Shown here: positions 1 to 9,217 of the stretch, piece after piece | Position numbering within the stretch: position 1 is the first letter of the stretch | How the letters are laid out: each line of letters begins with the position of its first letter | NCBI GenBank assembly: GCA_002297045.1 | Contig: DBJE01000013.1 | Coordinates: 272,509 to 336,508, forward strand | Direction: 5' to 3' | Length of the DNA: 64,000 bases | Origin: Bacillales bacterium UBA784 | GTDB lineage: Bacteria; Bacillota_I; Bacilli_A; RFN20; CAG-288 | Program-made: the position numbers and the translations under genes | Notes under the pieces: model-generated | What the model was told of the DNA's origin: nothing | The model's database searches: none | Seen by the model: the letters and a program-made list of their open reading frames with translations, nothing else

Positions 1-301
1 TCTTCTCCCGGATGACGGCTTCGTATCGTCGGATTACTTGATGGTTCTCGAAGCAATTCTTTAGTCGTGACTGGACTTCTGGTGACTTGGCAAAAACGAG
101 AAGCCCGGAGGTTTCATAGTCTAGCCGATGGACAAGATAGACTCTTTCCTTCTTTTTCCTCAAATACCGATTCAGGTAGTACTGAAGGTTTTGATGGTAT
201 GTCTTTTTGTCGTCTGTAGCGACCGTGAAGACGTTGTAGTTCTTATTGACGACAAGGATGCCGTTGTCTTCGTAGACAAGTGTATAAGGGATTTTTTTCA
301 T
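1..301 (-). CDS. RluA-family pseudouridine synthase, N-terminal part (gene runs off the left window edge)
   Basis: Not in the ORF track because it is truncated by the window edge. The reverse complement from ATG (299-301) reads MKKIPYTLVYEDNGILVVNKNYNVFTVATDD...ERVYLVHRLDYETSGLLVFAKSPEVQSRL. HRLDxxTSG(L/V)L is the catalytic-Asp motif of RluA-type synthases, and its Arg is CGG. Confidence 0.7.
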   Translation of the reverse strand, partial: MKKIPYTLVYEDNGILVVNKNYNVFTVATDDKKTYHQNLQYYLNRYLRKKKERVYLVHRLDYETSGLLVFAKSPEVQSRLKNCFENHQVIRRYEAVIREK

Positions 302-379
302 CTGCAGAAATCTTAGGACTCTTCTTTCTTGTTTGCAAGAAAAAGAAGTATACTGAACAAAACAAGGGAGGATACGGAT

Positions 380-1975
380 ATGGCAGATATAACAAATAAA
401 GTCAGAGTAAATTCATCTACTGAGCTTGAGCTTCTTGAAGCCTGTAACAAAGGGGATGTCATCAATCTGAATGAATTAGCCAAGGTGGACGTCTCTCCTC
501 TTAGGAGAGCTATTGCGGAAGAAAAAGACAAAGTCTACCGGAACAGGCTTGCTTCCGAAAAGGAAAAATGGGAAAAAGACTCTGAGGCAAAGCTATCCAA
601 GGAGACGATTGTCTTAAAAGACGAACAGAGCAAGAAAGAAGACAATCTGAAGAAACAGATTGCTGTTTTAAATACAGCTCTCTCTCTTCTTAAGCAGGAG
701 AACGAAAGCAGGAAGAACAACCTTCCTAAGGAGATTTCTGCTGCAAAAATACAAAGGCAGAACGATCTTAATGAAAAGAGGAAGAACCTAGAAGCCGAAA
801 ACCAGCGTCTTACTAGGGAAAAGGATAACCTAGAAAAAAAGCAGGCCACGGAAAGGCAGCTTTCCCTAAAAGAGCAGGCTGAGAAAAGGAAGGGCGAATC
901 CGATTCCGAACTGAAAGCAAAGGATGGGGAGATTAATTCTCTGAAAAGGGAGATTGCCCAGCTTAAGGCTGCTCATGAGGCAGAAAGGGACAAGAAGATT
1001 ACCCTGATTAAAAGGGAAAAAGACAAGGATATCTCTCAGCTGAAAAACGATATCCTGAGGAAGGAAGGAGAAAGCCGAAACTCCCTTCTTCTTCAGGAGA
1101 AGAAGAGTAAGGAAGATTATCAGAAACTTCTGGATCAGTATAATTCCCTCCGGTATGAGAAATCATCCCATAATGTAAAAAGGCTTGGCGAAGGACTGGA
1201 GAAGTGGTGTAATGACGAATATCAGCATTATTCCCTTTCTGGATTCAATAACTGCCTTTGGCTAAAGGATAATGCCACTGTACGTGACGATGGCTCTCTT
1301 GGCGCAGGGGGAACTAAGGCAGACTATCTCTTTGGTGTTTTTGCAAATGAAAATGACCTAAGAGAAGTAAAGGAAACCTATGATGGGAAGAAGAATCCTT
1401 CCAGGGAAAAAGCGATGACATCTGTTGTAAGGGACAGGAAAAACGAAGATCCCAATTCCGTTAACAGAAAGACAAACGCGAGTTACTTTGCCAAGCTTGA
1501 TTCGGACCGGAAAAAGAAAGGATGCGAATATGCCCTTCTTGTCTCCGAACTGGAAAGGGATAACGAAAACTATTCCTTTATCACAAAAGCCCAGGGATAT
1601 GAGAAAAGGTATGTCGTACGCCCTCCCTATCTGATGACGTTCCTTGGAATGCTCTATTCCCTCACCGACCATTATCGGATTTTGCTTAATCAGAAAGGAG
1701 CAGAAGAAGTACGTTTGAAGAAAAAGCAGGAACTTCTTGATGAGTTCGATGCCTTAAAGGAAACCTATTTTGAAAAACCGCTCGCACAAAGGGAAAAGGA
1801 CAGGGAAGGAATCCTAAAGAACTGTGCACAGATAGAAAAAAGTAATAATGATATCCGTACCCTCGCCAGCGAAACGCTGAATGCCAAGATCAGCAACAGG
1901 AGAAATAAGATTGAAACTTTTGAACTGAAAAAGAGGAAGACGGTTAGGAATAAAGCGGATAAGGTCGAAGAATAG
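380..1975 (+). CDS. DUF2130-like protein (long Lys/Glu coiled-coil N-terminus, conserved C-terminal domain)
   Basis: ORF 329..1975. The likely start is ATG 380 (MADITNK), preceded by GGGAGGA 7 nt upstream. The N-terminal ~250 aa is coiled-coil-like. The C-terminal part (GGTKADYLF...EYALLVSELE...RPPYLMTFL) resembles DUF2130 proteins as I recall them. Confidence 0.55.
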   Translation: MADITNKVRVNSSTELELLEACNKGDVINLNELAKVDVSPLRRAIAEEKDKVYRNRLASEKEKWEKDSEAKLSKETIVLKDEQSKKEDNLKKQIAVLNTALSLLKQENESRKNNLPKEISAAKIQRQNDLNEKRKNLEAENQRLTREKDNLEKKQATERQLSLKEQAEKRKGESDSELKAKDGEINSLKREIAQLKAAHEAERDKKITLIKREKDKDISQLKNDILRKEGESRNSLLLQEKKSKEDYQKLLDQYNSLRYEKSSHNVKRLGEGLEKWCNDEYQHYSLSGFNNCLWLKDNATVRDDGSLGAGGTKADYLFGVFANENDLREVKETYDGKKNPSREKAMTSVVRDRKNEDPNSVNRKTNASYFAKLDSDRKKKGCEYALLVSELERDNENYSFITKAQGYEKRYVVRPPYLMTFLGMLYSLTDHYRILLNQKGAEEVRLKKKQELLDEFDALKETYFEKPLAQREKDREGILKNCAQIEKSNNDIRTLASETLNAKISNRRNKIETFELKKRKTVRNKADKVEE

Positions 1976-2069
1976 CGGCTGTTCCGTATACCGATTGGCA
2001 GATAAAAGGCGGAAAAAGGAAACTACTGAGGGTTTTGTTTTAAGCCAAAAAATTGCGTTCACCAAAAAA

Positions 2070-2092
2070 CGGTCTGCTTTTTTTGCAGACCG
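2070..2092. terminator. Hairpin terminator between convergent genes
   Basis: CGGTCTGC-TTTTTTT-GCAGACCG (8-bp stem). An A-run lies on the plus side, which gives a T-run after the hairpin on the minus strand. It sits between the stop of 380..1975 (+) and the stop of 2143..2613 (-). Confidence 0.6.
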
Positions 2093-2142
2093 CTTATGAC
2101 TCACTATAGTCACAAGAAAAGTGAGAAGAAGCAACGATTGGA

Positions 2143-2613
2143 TTAGCCGATGATTTGCGTCTTGCCTTCGGAAATAAGCCGGTCCAGAGTAGGTTTGACT
2201 GAATCCCATATTTTCCTGATTCCCTCAGGCCTTGTAAAGTAATAGGTTTTATCATAGGCTGTTTTATCCAGAATATAGTTTTCTTTTCCAATGTAGAGTG
2301 ACCGAGTTTGCTCCCCGCTTATGGAATGAAGGGAAAAGCGATAGGTCTGCACTGGCGGATTTCCAAGCTTTGTCTCTTTTTCTTCGAAGACAGCTTCGTT
2401 TCTGATCCGATAGTCCATATTCTCAATTATGGAATTGATATCTTTAGGAAGGGTGACAGTCTGAATAGCCAAGAAATGGTTGATTTTCGCTTCTTCTCTT
2501 ATTACATAGTCAAATTCGCATTTGCCAACTTCCATGCGGCTTCTTTCAAGCCCGCTTTTCTGTTGGCAGGAAAATAATAGAAGAGTAAGGAGAACGAGTT
2601 TTTTCGCTTTCAT
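2143..2613 (-). CDS. small lipoprotein, unknown function
   Basis: The N-terminus MKAKKLVLLTLLLFSCQQ is a signal peptide with lipobox L-F-S-C. GGAGG lies 9 nt upstream of the ATG. Confidence 0.6.
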   Translation of the reverse strand: MKAKKLVLLTLLLFSCQQKSGLERSRMEVGKCEFDYVIREEAKINHFLAIQTVTLPKDINSIIENMDYRIRNEAVFEEKETKLGNPPVQTYRFSLHSISGEQTRSLYIGKENYILDKTAYDKTYYFTRPEGIRKIWDSVKPTLDRLISEGKTQIIG

Positions 2614-3228
2614 TTTCTGTTAACCTCCGATTATTTTGTTAGATAAACCATCTGGTTCAATTGGTCTGACTCAACATAGTAATTTCCTGGCCGGCTTCTC
2701 CAATCATAATGAGTAACCATATAATCTTGAATGTATTGGCTTCCGTGGCGAAATTGTCGAACTGATGAAGAGTAATTTTAGCAAAAACATATTCGTGTTC
2801 CTCCTTTCCGCACAAGCCTAACTAGATAGTTTGATGACAACCATTCCTAAGAGCGTCTTAATCAATGTCTTGCTGACTTTATGATAGTTGAAAAAACAAC
2901 AAATTCAACATTTAAATGGAGAAAATAAAAGTGGTATATAGACATATGAGATATTAGTGTCTAGCTTTGAACAGGACTCTTAACCTATGTATAAAAATGG
3001 TGTTTGGAATCCGTTAAAAGTCTCTACCTTATTTGTGCTTCAGAAAACGACTATATCAAGGCAGGCTTTTTCGGTTAAGCAAACTTTTTCTGCTATAAAC
3101 TTAAGTCAATGTGATTAGCTGTCTTTCTGACTAAGAATCCGGGCAAGGCTTATTCATTTCATTGTTTGAATGATAATGATGCATCAAAAAAGGCAGGATC
3201 TTAATCCCGCCTTTGCACTGGCTTGTTC

Positions 3229-3924
3229 TTAGTCCACGTAAGGAAGGGAGGAGTCTTTCAGGAAGCAGTTTTCGTAAATGAATTCTTTTAGATTTTCTGC
3301 GTTCTCACTCTTATAGTAGGAGAGGAGAAGGTGGAGGAACTTATCGTTCCATTCCGGACGGATAGAGAAGATTCCCTGTCCATGCCGGAGAAGGAACTGA
3401 TTGCAGAGCAGGTTCGCACTCCGTTTATTCCCGTCATAGAAGACTTCACTCTTCCTCAGGTAACAATAGAGGTCAAGACCTCGCTCTACATAGGTCTTTT
3501 TGCTTTCGACAATATCGCGGATTTTGTTGTTCACTTCATAGGAGTCTGGGATTTCCGGCGCATAGTCCGTTCCGGTAATGGTGACAAAGGAATTACGGAT
3601 TCTGCCACCGTCATGGCTGACTCCTCTTCCGTTGATGATTCGGTTGAGTTCACATAATGTCGCAAGGTCGGTCGGCTTATCGATGATGTCTTCGTCTTTC
3701 AGACGGCAATAGGCGGTTTTGAGATTTTTAATCTTTAATAGTCCGATAGGGTAAGGCTTTGTCGGGTCCTTTCCTCCAAGAATGAAGTCTCTTGCTTCGA
3801 CATAGGTCAGCCGTTCTCCTTCTAGGTAGGCTGCATTATAGACTAGGTCGACAAGATTATCGTCAATCAGCTTTCTTCTCTGCTCTTCGCTCCTTGGTTG
3901 CTGGTCCCGATACAACTGAATCAT
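3229..3924 (-). CDS. Fic/Doc-family protein with non-canonical active-site motif (His replaced)
   Basis: 231-aa ORF. The motif region SEVFYDGNKRSANLLCNQFLLRHG aligns to the Fic/Doc core HxFx(D/E)GN(G/K)Rxx(R/L), but with Glu in place of the catalytic His. The upstream GGRIRNSFVTITG resembles the Fic 'G.fR...V.I' element. Confidence 0.5.
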   Translation of the reverse strand: MIQLYRDQQPRSEEQRRKLIDDNLVDLVYNAAYLEGERLTYVEARDFILGGKDPTKPYPIGLLKIKNLKTAYCRLKDEDIIDKPTDLATLCELNRIINGRGVSHDGGRIRNSFVTITGTDYAPEIPDSYEVNNKIRDIVESKKTYVERGLDLYCYLRKSEVFYDGNKRSANLLCNQFLLRHGQGIFSIRPEWNDKFLHLLLSYYKSENAENLKEFIYENCFLKDSSLPYVD

Positions 3925-4129
3925 TTTGGTTTTGCTCCTTTCTTCCTTTGGACTAAGGTTCTAGTTGTATTATAAAGTAAATTAAAGCGCTTTCAAAGAG
4001 AAATTTTAAGAATTAAAGAAAAAGGATTTGTTATTGATAAACTCTTATTTATCTAGGTTTTATAAAGTTTTCTATCTTGTGTTCTCTTTGAAGGAAAGAA
4101 GTGAAAAGCCGAAGAAGAAAACAGCGCTT

Positions 4130-4666
4130 TCAGCGCCGTTTTCTTTCCCTTGTGCGGAAGGAGGATGGGATTTTCTTTAAGAGAAGGGCGTTAATTATGG
4201 CCCTTACGATTCCAGTAAGCAGAGAGAGCGGACCAAGGATGCAGATATAGTAGAAAATATAAGGAGTCGAGAAGAACAAGGCATAGGCAATAAGCTGTCC
4301 TATGGTGTGGAAGAGGGAACCGAATAGGGAAACTGAATAAATCGAAGGGCGGACGAGATAATAAAGGATAAGGGAAATAGTGGTACAAAGAATTGTTCCG
4401 GAGAGTGACATGAAGAAGTTGATGCCAAAGCCGGAGGAAATCAAAGGTACGAGCATTACCTTAACCCTCCTGACAAAGACATAGCTGATTCCTCCATAAT
4501 AATAAAGAACGAACAAAGTGACGATATTGGCTAGTCCTAGCCGAAAGCCGGGGACTGGGAGAAAAGAGGGAATCAGGGATTCAAGAAAATGAAGACCGAC
4601 GGAGAGAGCAATCCTCCTAGCCAAAGATACCCTTCGGATAGTGCTGATATGGAATCTTGTTTTCAT
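4130..4666 (-). CDS. Gx-transporter family membrane protein (Pfam Hpre_diP_synt_I-like)
   Basis: 178 aa and polytopic. HFLESLIPSFLPVPGFRLGLANIVTLFVLYYYG matches the family hallmark (...E..iP.P.PG.kLGLANi..L..L...G) as I recall it. Confidence 0.6.
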   Translation of the reverse strand: MKTRFHISTIRRVSLARRIALSVGLHFLESLIPSFLPVPGFRLGLANIVTLFVLYYYGGISYVFVRRVKVMLVPLISSGFGINFFMSLSGTILCTTISLILYYLVRPSIYSVSLFGSLFHTIGQLIAYALFFSTPYIFYYICILGPLSLLTGIVRAIINALLLKKIPSSFRTRERKRR

Positions 4667-4671
4667 ATTAT

Positions 4672-5220
4672 TCAGTTATCAAACTCCGGGAATCCGCCTT
4701 TTACCGAGATGATCCTTGCCTGCCTCCTATTGGGAAGGCAGACAATCGGAGTGTAGGTACTATAAATCCGTCCCTGCTTTGAACAGTCGTGGTCCTTGCA
4801 AAACACTTCATCGTGCAGTACCTGGATGGAATAATCACTGTAGAGGGTGAAGGTGATGCCTTTGCCGTAAAAGGCAAAATAATTTCCTTCCCCAAGATAG
4901 AGTGGTCCGTCTTCTTTGACAAAAGCGACTTTTTTCTCTCCGGAAGAGGGAAAAGAGATGTTCGTATTCTTCAGTGGATCGTTCTTGTCGTAAAGGAGGG
5001 TGTTCTGATATTTAATCTGGACAAAAAGCGAATCGTTATCTGCTTTTGGCTTAGAGTAGAAGCTGACAAGAAAAACAGCTGCAATAATAAGAAGCGAGAT
5101 AAGAAAAAGGGTTCCGTCTTTAATCGGATGAGGGATGAGGCTCTTTTTCAGTCTATCCGATTCTGTTTCCGGCTGGTTGATTTCTTTGTTTTTCATGACA
5201 ATATTATACGCATAAGCCAA
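4672..5220 (-). CDS. NusG domain II-containing membrane-anchored protein
   Basis: It has an N-terminal TM helix (LFLISLLIIAAVFLVSF). The C-terminal ...VFCKDHDCSKQGRIYSTYTPIVCLPNR... matches the CxxxxC...G.i...g..ivClPn motif of NusG_II proteins. It ends 5 nt before the Gx-transporter gene, a pairing common in Firmicutes. The start (5220 or 5196) is uncertain because neither has a clear SD. Confidence 0.55.
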   Translation of the reverse strand: MAYAYNIVMKNKEINQPETESDRLKKSLIPHPIKDGTLFLISLLIIAAVFLVSFYSKPKADNDSLFVQIKYQNTLLYDKNDPLKNTNISFPSSGEKKVAFVKEDGPLYLGEGNYFAFYGKGITFTLYSDYSIQVLHDEVFCKDHDCSKQGRIYSTYTPIVCLPNRRQARIISVKGGFPEFDN

Positions 5221-5331
5221 AGAAAAAAGAAAAATCCTTCCGGATGTAACGCTTTTTATACATCAATAATGGCTCATGGTGCTATAGTAATGAAGAATAA
5301 GCCAATCCTTAATTGCTCGGAGGGACAAGAG

Positions 5332-6138
5332 ATGTGGACAAGCCAGCCTAAGAAATTCGGAGCCCTTCATCTTACCTTTCTTTTCCTTATCGTAATCAGG
5401 ATGGGAATCAGTATCTTTTTCGGCTACCATTGCCAGGGAGAGAAAAATAAAAAGAAACGGGATCTCATCCTTTCTGCAACTGGGATTTTTCTTGTCCTTT
5501 TTGAAATTGCCAAGATTATCTTTGTCGTTGTGATTCATCAGGCGGATTTCTCCCTTCTTCCTCTTCAGCTTTGTTCGACGGCCCTTCTTATCCTTCCTCT
5601 CCCTTACTTTCTTCCTGATGGAAGATTCAAGGACTGTGTATATGGATATCTGGCCTTTGTCAGGACCACGGCCGGGATTTCCTATTTTGTCAATCCAACG
5701 ACTTTGATAACTCCTCGCTATATCTTCAATTGCCTTCATTCCGGAATCTACCATCTTGTCATTATATCGTCTGGGACGTTTCTGTTTATTTCAATGGAAA
5801 GGTACCGAAAGAAAGGAATTTCCTATTATCTGAAATCTTTCCCTCTTTTTGTTTCTTTTTCCCTTGTTGCCATCCTGGCTAACACCATAGCGATTAGACT
5901 TGATCCTAAAACGAATCTGGATTTTTTCTTTCTGATGCCCAAAGGCCCAGCAACGATCCCTCTCCTCGATACAAGGATTAAGCCCAAAGTTCCCTTTGCC
6001 TGCTATTACCTTATTTATTTAGCTTGCTTCTTTATGAGGAATTTTGTTCCTTTTGGTGTTTTCCACAGGTTGAATTTCATCGTAGAGCAGGCTCAGAAGA
6101 AGAACGCGGGGAACAATATCCAGAAGGCAGATTCCTGA
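5332..6138 (+). CDS. YwaF/TIGR02206-like integral membrane protein
   Basis: This is the C-terminal two thirds of ORF 4789..6138. The 5' part of that ORF is antisense to the NusG_II gene and is not credited. ATG 5332 has GGAGGG 8 nt upstream; 5269 and 5290 are alternatives. The motif FSLLPLQLCSTALLILP is typical of the YwaF family. Confidence 0.5.
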   Translation: MWTSQPKKFGALHLTFLFLIVIRMGISIFFGYHCQGEKNKKKRDLILSATGIFLVLFEIAKIIFVVVIHQADFSLLPLQLCSTALLILPLPYFLPDGRFKDCVYGYLAFVRTTAGISYFVNPTTLITPRYIFNCLHSGIYHLVIISSGTFLFISMERYRKKGISYYLKSFPLFVSFSLVAILANTIAIRLDPKTNLDFFFLMPKGPATIPLLDTRIKPKVPFACYYLIYLACFFMRNFVPFGVFHRLNFIVEQAQKKNAGNNIQKADS

Positions 6139-6223
6139 TTTCCATCGACGAAACCAGGCCAAAGAAATCACTTTTTAAGCAAAAAGGCGCCAATATTTTC
6201 CTTTTGTAGTAGAATGGGACGCA

Positions 6224-6245
6224 ATCAGTTATTCCGATAACTGAT
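6224..6245. promoter_or_regulatory. Perfect 9-bp inverted repeat (candidate operator or 5'-UTR hairpin) upstream of the flavoprotein/rnf cluster
   Basis: ATCAGTTAT-tccg-ATAACTGAT. It lies 9 nt downstream of a TAGAAT -10-like hexamer (6210-6215) and 28 nt upstream of ATG 6273. Confidence 0.3.
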
Positions 6246-6272
6246 GGCATGACCATTGGAGGTTTATCAGAG

Positions 6273-7841
6273 ATGAAGAAGAATACTTTGCTGTTCAGTT
6301 CTGTTTTAGCTTTAAGTCTGTTTGGCTGTGCACCGCGCGGAGGAAGCCTTTCTTCTGCCTCAGAGAGTACAACTATGCAGCCGTCCGGGACAATTGTAGA
6401 TGGAATCCGTGTTGCCTATTCTAGGCATGGAAGCTACCTTCTCCGTGCCGAAGTCCAGATTCAAAATGAGGTTGCCAAATCTGTACATTTCGATGAGGTC
6501 GTTTTTTCTGCCTCACCGGATTCGAGCGGAAATTCAATCGCCAAGGCAGTTGATCAAAAAGAAGGCGATAACGTCATTGCCTTAACTACGGGAAAAGATG
6601 ATAAGGTAACGACTACTTATTATGCAAAGTACCTCACGGTAAACGGAAAAACCTATACTGCCTCGGTTAGCGAAGGCAAGCTTTTCTATAAAAATGGTGA
6701 CGAAGATTATGATGTCCTTGCCAAAGGATATACAAGCCAACAGGACAGGGCCAAACTTTATCATGTTCTGACCACAAACTATGCCTTTGGTTCCGATAAG
6801 GACGGAAAGGAAATCGAGGGACTTGTGGCTCCGATTTATTCAAAGGCCAGCAATAGTTCCACCTATTGGCCTTCCGGTGTATATGGATTAGGCTGGAAGG
6901 CAAATATTGCCAAGATTGAGAAAGCCCTTGTAGGCAAAGATCTTTCTAAGGTCTCTTCCGACTATAAGAAAGCGTCCGACTCGGCAAAGTCGAAGACTGG
7001 ATTTGTCGACAATGTCGACACCGGTGCCACTATTTCTTCTTTCAAGTCCTATATTACAACAGCCGCAAGTGCATTCACCGGTGAATCCCGTGTCGTTGAA
7101 CAATTCGGATTAGATCATAATAATTGCTTCTCCCGTACTGAACTTGTTGTCGGCGAGGACAATAAGGTTGTCTATGCCAACATCAATGAAACCAATCAAT
7201 TCCTTTCTAGGCTTGCCCAGAGAAATTCCGATACGGGAAACGATGCTCCTATTGTCCGATTCCATACCGATGCGACGGATAAAGCCGAGGAAGTCAACAA
7301 TTATTATTCCCAGTTTGTTTCGGTCAACGGAAAAGTCTGGACCGGAACAGCAAAAGATAAGGCGGCAAGCCGGGAATATGTCACCTATTCTAGCGGAAAC
7401 GATCAAGATGCCCTGGCTTACTATTCTTCCAGTGCCTATTTGGCTAATGAGTACTATAATGCCCAGTTCCTGAATCTGATTTCTATTGCCAAGGATGCCA
7501 ATGGCTCCGCTTCTTCCGACAAGGTGACCTATGGAAACAGGACTGCCACGAAAGCCGAAAACGGAAACAACTATTGGACTACCGGCCATGGTGCACCGGA
7601 AGACAAAAAACCGGATAACTATGCGACTTGGTGGAAATGGAATGTCGCTGCAGTCGAGAATGCCTTTGTCGGACTTGATTTTACAAGTCTGACTAAGGAT
7701 AGTGCGGTCACTTCTCAGACCGCAGATGCTGACGGACACAAGTATGTCTCCATTAACGGGGTTAAGACTGGCGCTTCTAGGAGCGAAACGAAGAGCTATG
7801 TCCAGTTTGCCCATGAAGCGTATGCTTATTTGGTTAAGTAG
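6273..7841 (+). CDS. extracytosolic lipoprotein with two FMN-binding-type modules (PplA-like)
   Basis: ORF 6249..7841. The start is taken at ATG 6273 (MKKNTLLFSSVLALSLFGCAP, lipobox L-F-G-C) with GGAGG 9 nt upstream. There is an internal duplication (YAKYLTVNGKTYTAS / YSQFVSVNGKVWTGT; YWPSG...KIEKALVGKD / YWTTG...AVENAFVGLD). Each half ends in a flavinylation-type motif, VDTGATISS and VKTGASRSE. Confidence 0.65.
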   Translation: MKKNTLLFSSVLALSLFGCAPRGGSLSSASESTTMQPSGTIVDGIRVAYSRHGSYLLRAEVQIQNEVAKSVHFDEVVFSASPDSSGNSIAKAVDQKEGDNVIALTTGKDDKVTTTYYAKYLTVNGKTYTASVSEGKLFYKNGDEDYDVLAKGYTSQQDRAKLYHVLTTNYAFGSDKDGKEIEGLVAPIYSKASNSSTYWPSGVYGLGWKANIAKIEKALVGKDLSKVSSDYKKASDSAKSKTGFVDNVDTGATISSFKSYITTAASAFTGESRVVEQFGLDHNNCFSRTELVVGEDNKVVYANINETNQFLSRLAQRNSDTGNDAPIVRFHTDATDKAEEVNNYYSQFVSVNGKVWTGTAKDKAASREYVTYSSGNDQDALAYYSSSAYLANEYYNAQFLNLISIAKDANGSASSDKVTYGNRTATKAENGNNYWTTGHGAPEDKKPDNYATWWKWNVAAVENAFVGLDFTSLTKDSAVTSQTADADGHKYVSINGVKTGASRSETKSYVQFAHEAYAYLVK

Positions 7842-7908
7842 TTTTTTGCCTTACCATGGTCTCTCCATGGGTCAGGCCTCGTCTAGATATTAAATTGAGG
7901 TGAATCAA

Positions 7909-9213
7909 ATGTTTCATTTATTCCGTTCTGATGAATCCGCCCACATTCCAGGATATAAGGAGCAGACGAGGAATCTTCCTGTCTGCTCCTATGATCCGGA
8001 GTTTGTCTATATTCCCTGTGTGGATAATCATGGTAATCCCCTTATTAACGCCCTTCCAATCTCCTCTTCCGTTAAGAAGGGAACGCTCTTAGGCCTTCGT
8101 GCACCGGATGATTTTCCTATCTATTCTTCCGTCTCCGGAAAAATCGAAGGTAGGCAGAAGAGGGTAAGGTCCTCTGGCAGAATCAGGGATTGCTTTGTTA
8201 TCCGTAACGACCACAAGGGAGAATGGGATACCCTTACTCCCTTAAAGCCGGCAAACGAAGTTTCCAGAGAGGAAATCATCAACGCCATTAAGAAGAGCGG
8301 CGTCATCGGATTTGGCGGAGCAGGTTTTCCTACTTACCGGAAGTTCAATTCCGGTAAGGAATGCGATGTCTTAATCCTTAATGCCATCGAGTGCGAACCT
8401 TTCCTTACTACCGACTATGTCTATGGTGCAAAGGAGTGTGAATATGCCTTCCTTGCCATCCCTTATCTTCTTAAGGCAAGCGGTGCGAAGAAGGTTGTCT
8501 TCTGCACGAAGAAGGATAAGCCTGCCCTTATCGATGCCTGCGGGAAATGGAAGGCGAAGTACCCTTCTCTTCCTGTCGAGCTTGTGTTGGCCAAGGATGC
8601 CTATCCTAGGGGGTATGAGCGCAACCTTGTCACTTTAGTTACCGGCAAGGAGTATGCCCACATTCCGATTGAGGCTCAGGCCATCGTCGACAATATTTTC
8701 ACTTTTATTTCCTTAGGCCGCTACTTCACGGAGGGAAAGAGTGCAGACTTACGTTGCATCACCGTATCCGGTGAAGTAAGCAAACCAAGGAATATTTTGA
8801 CTCCTTATGGAGTCTATGCCTTGGACCTTCTGCAAAGGGCAGGATACAAAAACGATTCGTCTCTTAAGATTTTAAACGGCGGTCCAAGGAACGGAAACGT
8901 CCTTGATGACGAAAAGTTCGTTCTGCTTCAGCAGGCCGATGGGATTACGGTAAGGAAAAAGTCGTCTTACCGGGCAGAGCCCTGCTGGCATTGCGGAAAC
9001 TGCGCGGAAGCCTGCCCTAGGGACCTTCAGCCTGTGCAGATTCAGATGGCCTACAAGGCAAACGATCTTCAGCGCAGGATTGAACTGAATGCCGATAGGT
9101 GCGTAGGATGTGGACTTTGTTCTTATTCCTGCCCAAGCCGGATTGAAGTCAGCCAGCATGTCAGGGCCGCTAAGGCCTTAGTCATCAAGGCGAGGAAGGA
9201 GGCAAAGAAGTAA
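7909..9213 (+). CDS. rnfC: RnfC paralog 1 (electron-transport complex subunit C)
   Basis: GVIGFGGAGFPTY (the NADH/FMN-site motif of RnfC/Nqo1-like proteins). There are two ferredoxin motifs, CWHCGNCAEACP and CVGCGLCSYSCP. ATG 7909 has GAGGTG 8 nt upstream; the track's GTG 7900 is the alternative. Confidence 0.85.
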   Translation: MFHLFRSDESAHIPGYKEQTRNLPVCSYDPEFVYIPCVDNHGNPLINALPISSSVKKGTLLGLRAPDDFPIYSSVSGKIEGRQKRVRSSGRIRDCFVIRNDHKGEWDTLTPLKPANEVSREEIINAIKKSGVIGFGGAGFPTYRKFNSGKECDVLILNAIECEPFLTTDYVYGAKECEYAFLAIPYLLKASGAKKVVFCTKKDKPALIDACGKWKAKYPSLPVELVLAKDAYPRGYERNLVTLVTGKEYAHIPIEAQAIVDNIFTFISLGRYFTEGKSADLRCITVSGEVSKPRNILTPYGVYALDLLQRAGYKNDSSLKILNGGPRNGNVLDDEKFVLLQQADGITVRKKSSYRAEPCWHCGNCAEACPRDLQPVQIQMAYKANDLQRRIELNADRCVGCGLCSYSCPSRIEVSQHVRAAKALVIKARKEAKK

Positions 9214-9217
9214 CATT

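Noticed and set aside
2640-3228. ORF-free AT-rich 590-bp region as an ncRNA gene or pseudogene
   Set aside because: Only micro-ORFs are present, for example a 29-codon MVTHYDWRSRPGNYYVESDQLNQMVYLTK ending just before the lipoprotein RBS. I could not fold a convincing structured RNA or recognise a gene remnant by eye. It is noted as context for the Fic gene only.
4789-5331. 5' 180 codons of the 449-aa ORF 4789..6138
   Set aside because: This part overlaps the NusG_II gene on the opposite strand and has no family similarity. The recognisable YwaF-like protein begins near 5269-5332, where an SD (GGAGGG) precedes ATG 5332.
7866-7882. CCATGG-tctct-CCATGG hairpin between the FMN lipoprotein gene and rnfC1 as a terminator
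   Set aside because: The stem is only 6 bp, there is no following T-run, and the rnfC1 RBS follows closely. It is more likely incidental.
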